IMG/VR virus record: IMGVR_UViG_646206259_000001
DNA from: a virus
Lineage: Duplodnaviria; Heunggongvirae; Uroviricota; Caudoviricetes
Strand: one strand, 5' to 3'
Length of the DNA stretch: 40,052 nt
Of the stretch, positions 22,021 through 30,577 are shown piece after piece. A program made the translations under genes and the position numbers. Under the pieces are notes generated by a model that made no database searches, was not told the DNA's origin, and was given only the letters and a program-made list of their open reading frames with translations. Position 1 is the stretch's first letter. Each line of letters starts with the position of its first letter.

Positions 22021-22597
22021 CTATCTGCACTGCTCATTAATATACTTCTGGGTTCCTTCCAGTTGTTTTTGCATAGTGATCAGCCTCTNNNNNNNNNNNN
22101 NNNNNNNNNNNNNNNNNNNNNNNNNNNNNNNNNNNNNNNNNNNNNNNNNNNNNNNNNNNNNNNNNNNNNNNNNNNNNNNNNNNNNNNNNNNNNNNNNNNN
22201 NNNNNNNNNNNNNNNNNNNNNNNNNNNNNNNNNNNNNNNNNNNNNNNNNNNNNNNNNNNNNNNNNNNNNNNNNNNNNNNNNNNNNNNNNNNNNNNNNNNN
22301 NNNNNNNNNNNNNNNNNNNNNNNNNNNNNNNNNNNNNNNNNNNNNNNNNNNNNNNNNNNNNNNNNNNNNNNNNNNNNNNNNNNNNNNNNNNNNNNNNNNN
22401 NNNNNNNNNNNNNNNNNNNNNNNNNNNNNNNNNNNTATGTCAGTAATTACCGCGTTCGCCAGCGTCAGTTCTCTGGCATTTTTGTCGCGCTGGGCTTTGT
22501 AGGTAATGGCGTTATCACGGTAATGATTAACAGCCCATGACAGGCAGACGATGATGCAGATAACCAGAGCGGAGATAATCGCGGTTACTCTGTTCAT
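22021..22597 (-). CDS. Rz: Spanin Rz (i-spanin), interrupted by N-run 22089-22435; Rz1 presumably inside the N-run
   Basis: N-terminus [38 protein letters not shown]... and C-terminus ...[21 protein letters not shown] match lambda Rz, but the two parts are in different frames. Confidence 0.8.
22089..22435. other. N-run inside Rz
   Basis: 347 consecutive n. Confidence 1.
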
Positions 22598-23091
22598 TGC
22601 TGACCCCACAAACAGATTTCACGCTCAATCTCACGACGAGTCATGAGACCTTTCCATTGCTTACCGCCAGCATATGTCCAGCGACGTAGCTGATCACATG
22701 CGCCTTTGATATCGCCCTGGTTTATTTTGCGAAGAAGCGTCGATGTTCTGAAATTGCCAGCACCCACGTTGTAAACGAATGAGTAAAGAGCGCCGCGCAT
22801 TGTTTCCGGTATATCGACTTTGATGTACGGGTTAATTTGTCTGGCGACCGTGGCAAGGTCTTTATTCAGGAGGGCTTTGCATTCTGCTTTGGTATACGTT
22901 TTACCGAGCATGATGTCTTTTCCTGTATGCCCGTGACATACAGTCCATACACCAACAATATCTTTGTATGGTATGTAGCTGACACCTTCCAGACCATCGT
23001 TACCACTTGGGCCAGTGATTAACACTGATGCTATAGCAATTGCTCCGCCACCAATAGCAGCAGCAACGGCTTTTCGTAATGATGGAGGCAT
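22594..23091 (-). CDS. R: SAR endolysin R (phage 21 type, T4-lysozyme-like)
   Basis: N-terminal Gly/Ala-rich signal-arrest-release segment ([18 protein letters not shown]) and E-8-D-5-T catalytic spacing ([17 protein letters not shown]); matches P21 R from memory. Confidence 0.85.
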   Translation of the reverse strand: MPPSLRKAVAAAIGGGAIAIASVLITGPSGNDGLEGVSYIPYKDIVGVWTVCHGHTGKDIMLGKTYTKAECKALLNKDLATVARQINPYIKVDIPETMRGALYSFVYNVGAGNFRTSTLLRKINQGDIKGACDQLRRWTYAGGKQWKGLMTRREIEREICLWGQQ

Positions 23092-23306
23092 TATTCACCT
23101 CTCGCAGCCTTGCGCTTATCTTCTTTAATCTTGAAATAAAGGTTTGTCAGGTACGTCAGCAGGCCAAATACCAGGCTACCCAGCACACCTATTGCCGCCC
23201 ACTGTGAGGGCGTGACTTTATCGAGCAACTGTAAAAACCAGTACCCGGCACTACCTGCTGAGGTACCATAGGCGACACCCGTTGTTAACTTATCCATGGA
23301 TTTCAT
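23091..23306 (-). CDS. S: Pinholin S (phage 21 S21 type) with dual-start motif
   Basis: 71 aa, [26 protein letters not shown]...; Met1/Met4 dual start, two TMDs, charged C-terminus. Confidence 0.85.
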
Positions 23307-23444
23307 AACCCCACCTCGCAGACAAAGCGGGTGTAAATTAAGGGGATACTACGTATCGCAATAAAGGCAGAAACGTAACAGATTCGGAGTCAGTGAATAA
23401 CTCAGGTATTGGGTTATCAGCTAATATCGAGACTCAAAAAATGG

Positions 23445-23468
23445 AAAAACCCGCTCGACGGCGGGTTT
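23445..23468 (-). terminator. Rho-independent terminator candidate on the minus strand, ~140 nt upstream of S
   Basis: Stem AAACCCGC/GCGGGTTT with 6-nt loop; on the minus strand followed by TTTTTCCATTTTTTG. Confidence 0.45.
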
Positions 23469-23894
23469 AAGCTGTGTGACGAAGTAACCACTCTTAACAG
23501 CATAACCAATTTTTTACGTACGTAAACTACTAAATGATATTTGTGAGAATGCCACCGAGTGTTCAAAACACCACCACAAATGCATAAGAAAACTTCAACA
23601 AATAACCAGTTAATAATTTCCGATGTTATTTTTAGTTTGTTTAAATTAAGCTAAAGAATTATAGAGCACTTATAAATAAGTGCCATTAATATAAATTAGC
23701 TAATAGATTTATTTTTGTTCAGACAAGAGCCATGAATAGGATTAGATAGAAAAGGTTCAGATAAAAATAGAGATCTACTTCACAAATTAAATGAGAAACT
23801 AAAACTTACATCTTGAAATAATCACATTGATTAGATGAATATTTATCGCGCAGTGACATCATTTTTTAATAATAGTTCAAAAAAAGGGCGTACA

Positions 23895-24977
23895 ATGAAA
23901 AAATTAACAGTGGCAATTTCTGCTGTAGCTGCATCAGTACTGATGGCGATGTCTGCTCAGGCAGCTGAAATTTATAATAAAGACAGTAACAAGCTGGATC
24001 TATACGGGAAAGTTAATGCCAAGCACTACTTCTCCTCTAATGATGCAGATGATGGTGATACTACTTATGCCCGTCTTGGCTTCAAAGGTGAAACCCAAAT
24101 CAACGATCAACTGACTGGTTTCGGTCAGTGGGAATATGAATTCAAAGGCAACCGTGCTGAATCTCAAGGTTCTTCCAAAGACAAAACCCGTCTTGCATTT
24201 GCAGGCCTGAAATTTGGTGATTACGGCTCAATCGATTACGGCCGTAACTACGGTGTAGCATACGACATCGGTGCGTGGACTGACGTTCTGCCAGAATTCG
24301 GTGGTGATACCTGGACCCAAACAGATGTGTTCATGACTGGTCGCACTACTGGTGTTGCAACTTATCGTAACAACGACTTCTTTGGTCTGGTCGATGGCCT
24401 GAACTTTGCTGCTCAGTATCAGGGTAAAAATGACCGCACTGACGTAACTGAAGCCAATGGTGATGGTTTCGGTTTCTCCACTACTTATGAGTATGAAGGA
24501 TTCGGCGTGGGTGCAACCTATGCTAAATCAGATCGCACTGACGGTCAGGTCGCCTATGGTAAGAGCAAATTCAATGCCTCCGGCAAAAATGCGGAAGTAT
24601 GGGCTGCAGGCCTGAAATATGATGCGAACAATATCTATCTGGCTACCACATATTCTGAAACTCAGAATATGACCGTTTTTGGTAATAACCATATTGCAAA
24701 CAAAGCACAAAACTTTGAAGCAGTAGCACAATATCAGTTTGACTTCGGTCTGCGTCCATCTGTTGCTTACCTTCAGTCAAAAGGTAAAGACCTTGGTGTT
24801 CATGGTGACCGAGACTTAGTCAAGTATGTCGATGTCGGTGCTACTTACTACTTTAATAAAAACATGTCCACTTTTGTTGATTACAAAATCAACTTAATTG
24901 ACGATAGTAAGTTTACCAAAACAGCTGGTATTGATACCGACGACATCGTCGCTGTAGGTCTGGTTTATCAGTTCTAA
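23895..24977 (+). CDS. Outer membrane general porin, OmpC/OmpF/NmpC/Lc family (lysogenic conversion)
   Basis: Signal peptide [23 protein letters not shown], porin beta-strand pattern, C-terminal ...VAVGLVYQF; antisense in the Q-S interval as nmpC in DLP12 and lc in PA-2. Confidence 0.85.
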   Translation: MKKLTVAISAVAASVLMAMSAQAAEIYNKDSNKLDLYGKVNAKHYFSSNDADDGDTTYARLGFKGETQINDQLTGFGQWEYEFKGNRAESQGSSKDKTRLAFAGLKFGDYGSIDYGRNYGVAYDIGAWTDVLPEFGGDTWTQTDVFMTGRTTGVATYRNNDFFGLVDGLNFAAQYQGKNDRTDVTEANGDGFGFSTTYEYEGFGVGATYAKSDRTDGQVAYGKSKFNASGKNAEVWAAGLKYDANNIYLATTYSETQNMTVFGNNHIANKAQNFEAVAQYQFDFGLRPSVAYLQSKGKDLGVHGDRDLVKYVDVGATYYFNKNMSTFVDYKINLIDDSKFTKTAGIDTDDIVAVGLVYQF

Positions 24978-24984
24978 TCTGACT

Positions 24985-25024
24985 TACGAAAAAGATATGT
25001 TGCGGGAGGCTTTGCCTCCGCAAC
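24985..25024 (-). terminator. Hairpin with downstream U-run on the minus strand; candidate tR'-like element
   Basis: Stem GTTGCGGGAGGC/GCCTCCGCAAC (one bulge); minus strand continues ATATCTTTTTCG; ~150 nt downstream of Q. Confidence 0.3.
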
Positions 25025-25105
25025 ATATAAGTGGAGCCCTCAAGCCACTTCCTTTAGAAGCACTACCTTGCTTCTTACTATATAAACCTTCTGTTATATA
25101 TTACC

Positions 25106-25140
25106 CTTTATTTTGGGGGCGTTTCCACGCCCCATTTTTA
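25106..25140 (+). terminator. Rho-independent terminator for the porin transcript
   Basis: GGGGCGT-TTCC-ACGCCCC stem-loop followed by ATTTTTAAT on the plus strand. Confidence 0.5.
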
Positions 25141-25165
25141 ATAACTTTTAGTAAACAATTGCATA

Positions 25166-25549
25166 TCAATTAGAATTATTAGCAACGATATCCATATCTA
25201 ACCGGATATCTAATGCCATTAACATCCCTTCAATTATGCCCTCAGCCTTCTGTAACCTTTTCCCGATATAACCATCCGAGCAGCAATGCTTACTTGCCAG
25301 TGACATGAATGTCATACCACATACATAATAATCTACTAATAAATCGTGTAAATCGCTGTTGTTCTTTTTCAGACGGGCCATGCACCCGCAAATGATCATC
25401 GCGTCATCGTCACAACATTGCGGGCGAGATTTTACTTTTGAAGGAATTAATCCCTTAAAACCGGCGGCAATGGACGACCAGGTCACATCTTCATGATTAT
25501 TAGCCGCCCACGCACCCCAACGCTCAAGAACCATCTGAATATCACGCAT
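25166..25549 (-). CDS. Late gene antiterminator Q (QuuD-like, 127 aa)
   Basis: Cys-rich 127-aa protein immediately upstream of the late region and downstream of rusA/ylcG; resembles DLP12 QuuD from memory. Confidence 0.6.
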   Translation of the reverse strand: MRDIQMVLERWGAWAANNHEDVTWSSIAAGFKGLIPSKVKSRPQCCDDDAMIICGCMARLKKNNSDLHDLLVDYYVCGMTFMSLASKHCCSDGYIGKRLQKAEGIIEGMLMALDIRLDMDIVANNSN

Positions 25550-25634
25550 CAACTTACTCCACAAAAATCAGACCAGAACGCCAATTACAAGCAAAAATCA
25601 ACAAAACAGTATTAGTTGATTGTTATCTCTGACT

Positions 25635-25775
25635 TCATACTCCTGTTCCTGTCAGGGTTTTGGCGTAATTCTTCAGTATTCGGTAATCGGTCAAAACAGA
25701 ACCGAGGAAACGATATAAGCGCAGACGCCCCCAGCGGTGGCGAAGAAGTTCTGCCATATTAAACTCAAACATCAT
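25635..25775 (-). CDS. ylcG: Small protein YlcG-like (46 aa)
   Basis: 46-codon ORF translated by hand ([23 protein letters not shown]...); start overlaps the rusA stop; absent from the ORF track (<60 aa); position matches ylcG in DLP12-type nin regions. Confidence 0.5.
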   Translation of the reverse strand: MMFEFNMAELLRHRWGRLRLYRFLGSVLTDYRILKNYAKTLTGTGV

Positions 25776-26134
25776 TCATTCCCCATTTCGGTGATGGTCA
25801 GTTCCAGCCTCCCACCTTTGGTAACAGGCATCTTCACAACGCGGTAATCAACGACCTGAGCATCATCCAGCCAGAAACCTGCTTTAGTGAGTGCGTCAAA
25901 AGCGGCTTTTTGCAGATTATCCAGGTCACGGCGACGGCGATCCGGCATGTGGCACTCAATGCGGATTTTCACAGGCATAGCCAGGCCGATATCCAGCATT
26001 GCGTTTTTAATGATTCGGGCGACGTTATCGCGGTATGCCTGCCCCTCTGCGCTGACGTGCGTGCGCCCGCGATTATGGCGGTAATAGCGATTATTGCTCG
26101 GAGGCCAGGGTAATGTGATGCTGTAGGTATTCAC
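25772..26134 (-). CDS. rusA: Holliday junction resolvase RusA
   Basis: [38 protein letters not shown]... 120 aa matches RusA. Confidence 0.9.
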   Translation of the reverse strand: MNTYSITLPWPPSNNRYYRHNRGRTHVSAEGQAYRDNVARIIKNAMLDIGLAMPVKIRIECHMPDRRRRDLDNLQKAAFDALTKAGFWLDDAQVVDYRVVKMPVTKGGRLELTITEMGNE

Positions 26135-26340
26135 GCCTTAATAACCCCCTCTTTCAGCCACATAACCTGTGTTCTCGCCATACCTTCCAGCGCGCATTCT
26201 TTTGCATATGCAGCATCGACTTGCTTGGCATGCCCTTTACCGGCAATCTTCTGTATGCGCTAAACCTAGATAGAATCCACTCTGTGCACATTGAAGCCCG
26301 CTCTATGCTTTCTTTCAGGTATTGAAGGGATTGAGATGGG

Positions 26341-26688
26341 CTAAGCATTATTGGCCTCCTGCATCAGGAGAAAGACAATCATGGCGGCGCGGAGAGGTCT
26401 GGTATCAAATATTGGGCTTACGCCTTTTGCATCCACACACCATTCAGTTAACTGGTCTAAGATAGAAATCCTGTATTTCTCAATAATCGGCCATGAAGCG
26501 CTCGGATCATTGCAGTAGTCAGGCAAATGATTTAATGGCTCAAAAGTTGTATCAGCATTTCCGTAATACCATTTGTTGGTGTTATTCCCTGATGTTTCCG
26601 GTTTACTTGCCCAAAGGCCTTTAAAAATTATGTCTCCTACCATTCTGTTAATTTCAAAATCACTTAACTGTGAATAATCCATTGTCAT
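26341..26688 (-). CDS. Hypothetical nin-region protein (115 aa)
   Basis: ATG at 26688 overlaps the ninE stop (ATGA); family not recognised. Confidence 0.5.
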   Translation of the reverse strand: MTMDYSQLSDFEINRMVGDIIFKGLWASKPETSGNNTNKWYYGNADTTFEPLNHLPDYCNDPSASWPIIEKYRISILDQLTEWCVDAKGVSPIFDTRPLRAAMIVFLLMQEANNA

Positions 26689-26861
26689 TTCCTCGCACGA
26701 TATCTTAGCCACCGGATATCCCACAGGTGGGCTGTGTAATTGAAGGTTTTTACGTCAGATTCTTTTGGGATTAGCTTGCGTTTATTTCTGGAGCGTTTCG
26801 TTGGAAGGTATTTGCAGTTTTCGCAGATTATGTCGGTGATGCTTCGTCGCTGTCGTCTCAT
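26685..26861 (-). CDS. ninE: NinE protein
   Basis: [52 protein letters not shown]... 58 aa, lambda NinE-like; ATGA coupling on both sides. Confidence 0.75.
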   Translation of the reverse strand: MRRQRRSITDIICENCKYLPTKRSRNKRKLIPKESDVKTFNYTAHLWDIRWLRYRARK

Positions 26862-27385
26862 GCAGCCCTCCTGACGCCCTGCCCGATCGCCATCAATGCC
26901 GCTTTGGATACGGTAGTAAACATCCGTCGAGGACTGATGAACGGTCGCCAAATCAGCAGCATGGAGCCTTTGCTGTTTCCCTTCTTCTCCAGCCCTGTCG
27001 ATGGTTCGATAAAATTAATCCGTCCATCAGTGATAATACGAACTTCGTCAACACTCTCCAGAGCCTTGCTGAACCATCCGACAGACATATCCTCTGGCAC
27101 AAGCATCACTACCGTCTGTCGCTGTTGTATACACTGCTCAGCGGCTTTTTCCACCCACGGCCTGATATTGCTGTACGGTGGGTTATTCCAGATTGCACCG
27201 TGGCTTACCCACTCAGAATTGAGCGCGTCGTCGTCCTCAGTTAGCCAGTGAGCGCACAGAGCATTTTTGTCGCTCGCTGCCGAATCCAGCCAGAATCCAA
27301 ACTCAATATCCAGTGCATCAAAAAGCCAAAGCGGCGTTTGCCAGCAGTCCTTGTCGTGTGCTGGCGTATTTGATTTGATAGTCAT
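26858..27385 (-). CDS. Phage-type DNA N6-adenine methyltransferase (Dam-like), 175 aa
   Basis: NPPYS (D/NPPY) catalytic motif and ...[14 protein letters not shown]... N-terminus; start overlaps the ninB stop. Confidence 0.7.
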   Translation of the reverse strand: MTIKSNTPAHDKDCWQTPLWLFDALDIEFGFWLDSAASDKNALCAHWLTEDDDALNSEWVSHGAIWNNPPYSNIRPWVEKAAEQCIQQRQTVVMLVPEDMSVGWFSKALESVDEVRIITDGRINFIEPSTGLEKKGNSKGSMLLIWRPFISPRRMFTTVSKAALMAIGQGVRRAA

Positions 27386-27822
27386 GCAGCCCGATCTCCC
27401 CATCGCGCTTTCCATTCGAGAGCCAGTCGCGCTTCGTCTGACCACTTAACGCCACGCTCTGTACCGAATGCCTGTATAAGCTCTAATAGCTCCGCAAATT
27501 CGCTTACACGCATCCTGCTGGTTGACTGGCCTATTACCACAAAGCCATTCCCGGCAAGGTTAGGAACAACATCCTGCTGCTTTAATGCTGCGGTAAACAC
27601 ACACTTCCAGCTTTCTGCATCCAGCCAGCGACCATGCCATTCAACCTGACGAGAGACGTCACCTAAGCAGGCCCATAGCTTCCTGTTTTGGTCTAAGCTG
27701 CGGTTGCGTTCCTGAATGGTTACTACGATTGGTTTGGTTGGGTCTGGAAGGATTTGCTGTACTGCGTGAATAGCGTTTTGCTGATGTGCCGGAGATCGAA
27801 TTTCAAAGGTTAGTTTTTTCAT
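27382..27822 (-). CDS. ninB: Recombination protein NinB (Orf)
   Basis: MKKLTFEIRSPAHQQNAIHAVQQILPDPTKPIVVTIQERNRSLDQN... matches lambda NinB. Confidence 0.9.
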   Translation of the reverse strand: MKKLTFEIRSPAHQQNAIHAVQQILPDPTKPIVVTIQERNRSLDQNRKLWACLGDVSRQVEWHGRWLDAESWKCVFTAALKQQDVVPNLAGNGFVVIGQSTSRMRVSEFAELLELIQAFGTERGVKWSDEARLALEWKARWGDRAA

Positions 27823-27840
27823 GACTTCCCTCTCCCCCAA

Positions 27841-27870
27841 ATAAAAAGGCCTGCGATTACCTGCAGGCCT
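27841..27870 (-). terminator. Rho-independent terminator, tR2 equivalent (between ren and ninB)
   Basis: Stem AGGCCTGC/GCAGGCCT with 8-nt loop; minus strand continues TTTTTAT; same position as lambda tR2. Confidence 0.65.
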
Positions 27871-27895
27871 GTTATTAGCTCAGTGATGTAGATGG

Positions 27896-28186
27896 TCATC
27901 TTTTAACTCCATATACCGCCAATATCCGTTTCATCGTGGCACTCTGGCGACACTCCTTAAAAATCAGGTTCGTGCTCATCTTTCCTTCCCGTTCTTCCTT
28001 GGTAGCAAACCGGTAATACACCGTTCGCCAGACCTTACCTTCGATAACCAGAAGACCTGCCCGTGCCATTTTAGCCGCGGCCTGATTTATGCTGGTTACT
28101 GTTGCGCCTGTTAGCGCGGCAACGTCCGGCGCACAGAAGCTATTATGCGTCCCCAGGTAATGAATAATTGCCTCTTTGCCCGTCAT
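27896..28186 (-). CDS. ren: Ren protein
   Basis: MTGKEAIIHYLGTHNSFCAPDVAALTGATVTSINQAAAKMARAG... 96 aa matches lambda Ren. Confidence 0.9.
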   Translation of the reverse strand: MTGKEAIIHYLGTHNSFCAPDVAALTGATVTSINQAAAKMARAGLLVIEGKVWRTVYYRFATKEEREGKMSTNLIFKECRQSATMKRILAVYGVKR

Positions 28187-28884
28187 ACACTTGCTCCTTT
28201 CAGTCCTAACTTAGCTTTAATTTCTGCGATCTTCGCCAGCGCCTGAACACGATTTAGAGGTCTGCCGCCCATGACAGGAAGTTGTTTTACTGGTTCAGGT
28301 ATCGTCTCACCACGGTTAATTCGCGCTGTCATACAGGTCAGTTCATCGGCAGCCTTGCGTCGTAATTCCGCGTCAGTCAGCGCATTGGCCCGCATGTTCT
28401 GGTACAGGTTGGTAACCAGCCAGTAGTGCGCGTTCGATTTCCACGGATAAGACTCTGCATCCGGATACAGGCCTCGCTTCCGGCAATACTCGTAAACCAT
28501 ATCAACCAGCTCGCTGACGTTTGGCAGTCCGGCGATAACGGATGCTTCTTCCCGGCACCATGCAACAAACTGCCCGGGTGATGGCAGAAATGGTCGATTC
28601 TGCCGACGGGCTACGCGCATTCCTGCGTTAACCTGTTCCATTGTGGTGATCCCGTTTTCCCGGAAAGCCAGAACCCACTGGCGGCGGATTTCGTTCAGTT
28701 CGTTCTGGTCACGGTTAGCCAGACTCGCCGGGAAAGTTGCCAGTAACTGGCTGAACACACCGTTGATGATCTGCGCTACCTGCTGTACCTGCGGCTTTTC
28801 GTCGTACTGTTCCGGCATGTTGTTGGCGATCCGACGCATCTGCTCACGGTCAAAATTAACCATCTGTGCGGCGATGTTTTTCAT
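28183..28884 (-). CDS. P: Replication protein P (helicase loader)
   Basis: 233 aa; MKNIAAQMVNFDREQMRRIANNMPEQYDEKPQVQQVAQIINGVFSQLL... matches lambda P. Confidence 0.9.
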   Translation of the reverse strand: MKNIAAQMVNFDREQMRRIANNMPEQYDEKPQVQQVAQIINGVFSQLLATFPASLANRDQNELNEIRRQWVLAFRENGITTMEQVNAGMRVARRQNRPFLPSPGQFVAWCREEASVIAGLPNVSELVDMVYEYCRKRGLYPDAESYPWKSNAHYWLVTNLYQNMRANALTDAELRRKAADELTCMTARINRGETIPEPVKQLPVMGGRPLNRVQALAKIAEIKAKLGLKGASV

Positions 28885-29780
28885 AAATCCACCCCGTAAA
28901 TCCAGTCAGTGTTTGTCAGGTCGAGTTTTGGTTTGCAGGCTGTCACACCTGCCTGTTGCTTGTTACGGTTGATTTCGAGCTGGGTCCACTTGTCGCGGAG
29001 TTTGGCCGGGCTCAGCACGTTACCGGACCAGAAGTTGTCCTGGCATGCCCAGCGGAACAGTACACACATGTCGCGATGGTTACGTCCGTCACGTTCACGC
29101 ATCAGGCGGATATCGTTAGCCCACCCTGCAAAATTCGGTTTTCTGGCTGATGGCGCGATGGTCTTCACCATGTCAAACATCCATTCTGCGGCGGTCAGGT
29201 CTTCTGCTGTCCCCCACTTGCTGCCGCTCTGAATTGCAGCATCCGGTTTCACCACAGAAAGGTCGTTTTCTGGCTGGTCAGAGGATTCGCCAGAATTCTC
29301 TGACGAATAATCTTTTCTTTTTTCTTTTGTAATAGTGTCTTTTGTGTCCCCCTGTTTTGAGGGATAGCAATCCCCCAATTTGAGGGATGTTTTATCCCTC
29401 GTTTTAGGGGATTTTCCCTCGTTTTGAGGGATACACCATTCTGAGATGTTTTTATTTGGTCCAAACATGCCGCCTTGCTGCTTGATAATATTCATTCTGA
29501 CGAGTTCTAACTTGGCTTCATTGCACCGTTTGACGGGTAACTTTGTAATCTCGCTAAGTTGAGAATCGGTGATTCTGTCCATTGGTTTATTCCATCCATA
29601 GGTTTTACGCAGAATGGCAAGCAGCACTTTAAACTGTCGCTTGGTCAGATCTGCGCCTGAATAAGCCTCAAGCAGCATATTTGATAGTCTGGCGTAACCA
29701 TCATCGAGATCTGCCACATTACGCTCCTGTTTGGCAAAGTTACCTCTGCAGAAGTTGAGTATTTTTGCTGTATTTGTCAT
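28881..29780 (-). CDS. O: Replication initiator protein O
   Basis: 299 aa; MTNTAKILNFCRGNFAKQERNVADLDDGYARLSNMLLEAYSGADLTKRQFKVLLAILRKTYGWNKP... matches lambda O; contains ori iterons. Confidence 0.9.
   Translation of the reverse strand: MTNTAKILNFCRGNFAKQERNVADLDDGYARLSNMLLEAYSGADLTKRQFKVLLAILRKTYGWNKPMDRITDSQLSEITKLPVKRCNEAKLELVRMNIIKQQGGMFGPNKNISEWCIPQNEGKSPKTRDKTSLKLGDCYPSKQGDTKDTITKEKRKDYSSENSGESSDQPENDLSVVKPDAAIQSGSKWGTAEDLTAAEWMFDMVKTIAPSARKPNFAGWANDIRLMRERDGRNHRDMCVLFRWACQDNFWSGNVLSPAKLRDKWTQLEINRNKQQAGVTACKPKLDLTNTDWIYGVDL
29290..29432 (-). repeat. ori-lambda: four ~18-bp iterons (29347-29432) plus adjacent AT-rich region, inside O
   Basis: Four copies of TCCC(T/C)C-N5-6-GAGGGAT (e.g. 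TCCCTCGTTTTGAGGGAT) followed by TCTTTTCTTTTTTCTTTTGTAATAG. Confidence 0.85.
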
Positions 29781-29812
29781 AATGACTCCTGTGGATTGAT
29801 CCAGTAATGACC

Positions 29813-30109
29813 TCAGAATTCCATCTGGATTTGTTCAGAACGCTCGGTTGCCGCCGGGCGTTTTTTATTGGTGAGTCCATCAAGCGCATACTTAAAAGCC
29901 CTGCTAATCGGACTGATGTCTGATGCCATTCCGAAAGCACACAAGACCGAAGCAATAAATCTCCAGTCCGTTCTGCTTATCTTCGATTCATGACAGCCAA
30001 TCATCTTTGCCAGACCGCGCTGGGTAATAGCTGACAGATTGATAAGTAAATCTGTTTCTGCGCGATCAACGTCACGCTGTGATAGTTTGCTGTAACTTGT
30101 TCTTTCCAT
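29813..30109 (-). CDS. cII: Transcriptional activator cII (chimeric: lambda-like C-terminus, divergent N-terminal domain)
   Basis: C-terminal ...LTNKKRPAATERSEQIQMEF identical to lambda cII; N-terminal ~75 aa differ. Confidence 0.75.
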   Translation of the reverse strand: MERTSYSKLSQRDVDRAETDLLINLSAITQRGLAKMIGCHESKISRTDWRFIASVLCAFGMASDISPISRAFKYALDGLTNKKRPAATERSEQIQMEF

Positions 30110-30193
30110 TTCTTAAGATTTCCAATAGTGAATAGTTAGTTGAAAGGTATGCATGGAAACGCATATGGCCTTAGTTGGTCAGATATCTTGGAA

Positions 30194-30240
30194 CTCGCTT
30201 TTCAGCGACGTAGGACGAATGTCCGTTGTTACAAAGAGCG
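30194..30240 (-). promoter_or_regulatory. nutR candidate: boxA (CGCTCTTTGTAACAA) and boxB hairpin (UCGCU-GAAA-AGCGA) downstream of cro
   Basis: Read on the minus strand; boxA matches the CGCTCTT(T)A consensus; boxB core GCUGAAAAGC is shared with the nutL candidate. Confidence 0.6.
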
Positions 30241-30250
30241 GATCCGCTTA

Positions 30251-30466
30251 TTAAGCGGCTTTGTGTTCCGGCGGGAACACGTCATCAAGACTGACTTTTG
30301 CGCCTAACTTGTTTAGGCACGCAACAAGAGCACGGCATGTTTTAAGGTCTGGGAAGCGACGACCAGATTCCCAATGTCCGATAGCTCCCTGTGTGCATCC
30401 AACTGCCTTAGCAAGTGTTGTTTGAGAGATATTCAGTGACTCTCGATATTTTCGTAGGTTGCTCAT
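30251..30466 (-). CDS. cro: Cro-like repressor (HTH_XRE, 71 aa)
   Basis: MSNLRKYRESLNISQTTLAKAVGCTQGAIGHWESGRRFPDL... HTH; GGAGGG RBS; divergent from cI; upstream part of the 128-aa track ORF discarded. Confidence 0.8.
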   Translation of the reverse strand: MSNLRKYRESLNISQTTLAKAVGCTQGAIGHWESGRRFPDLKTCRALVACLNKLGAKVSLDDVFPPEHKAA

Positions 30467-30577
30467 ATGCCCTCCATAGTAAACACGAATAAAAAAATAC
30501 AATATGTACTTTGCGAATACAAGTAAAAATACACATTGTGCATGGATGGTTCCAGTACAGAGCGTAATAATAAGGAC
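30467..30577. promoter_or_regulatory. Immunity operator/promoter region (OR, divergent PR and PRM); individual operators not resolved
   Basis: 111-bp AT-rich divergent intergenic region between the cro and cI starts; imperfect dyads; motif ATATGTACTTT also present, inverted, near the PL candidate. Confidence 0.55.

Noticed and set aside
23307-23894. tRNA genes in the Q-S region (as in Stx phages)
   Set aside because: The AT-rich porin upstream region shows no cloverleaf-compatible segments or conserved tRNA ends on inspection; without a tRNA scan this is a negative by eye only.
26154-26348. 64-aa ORF between rusA and the upstream nin gene
   Set aside because: No RBS or recognisable family and it overlaps the neighbouring gene end; possibly a remnant.
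28377-29464. Small ORFs inside or antisense to P and O
   Set aside because: Embedded in well-identified replication genes and the iteron region; no independent support.
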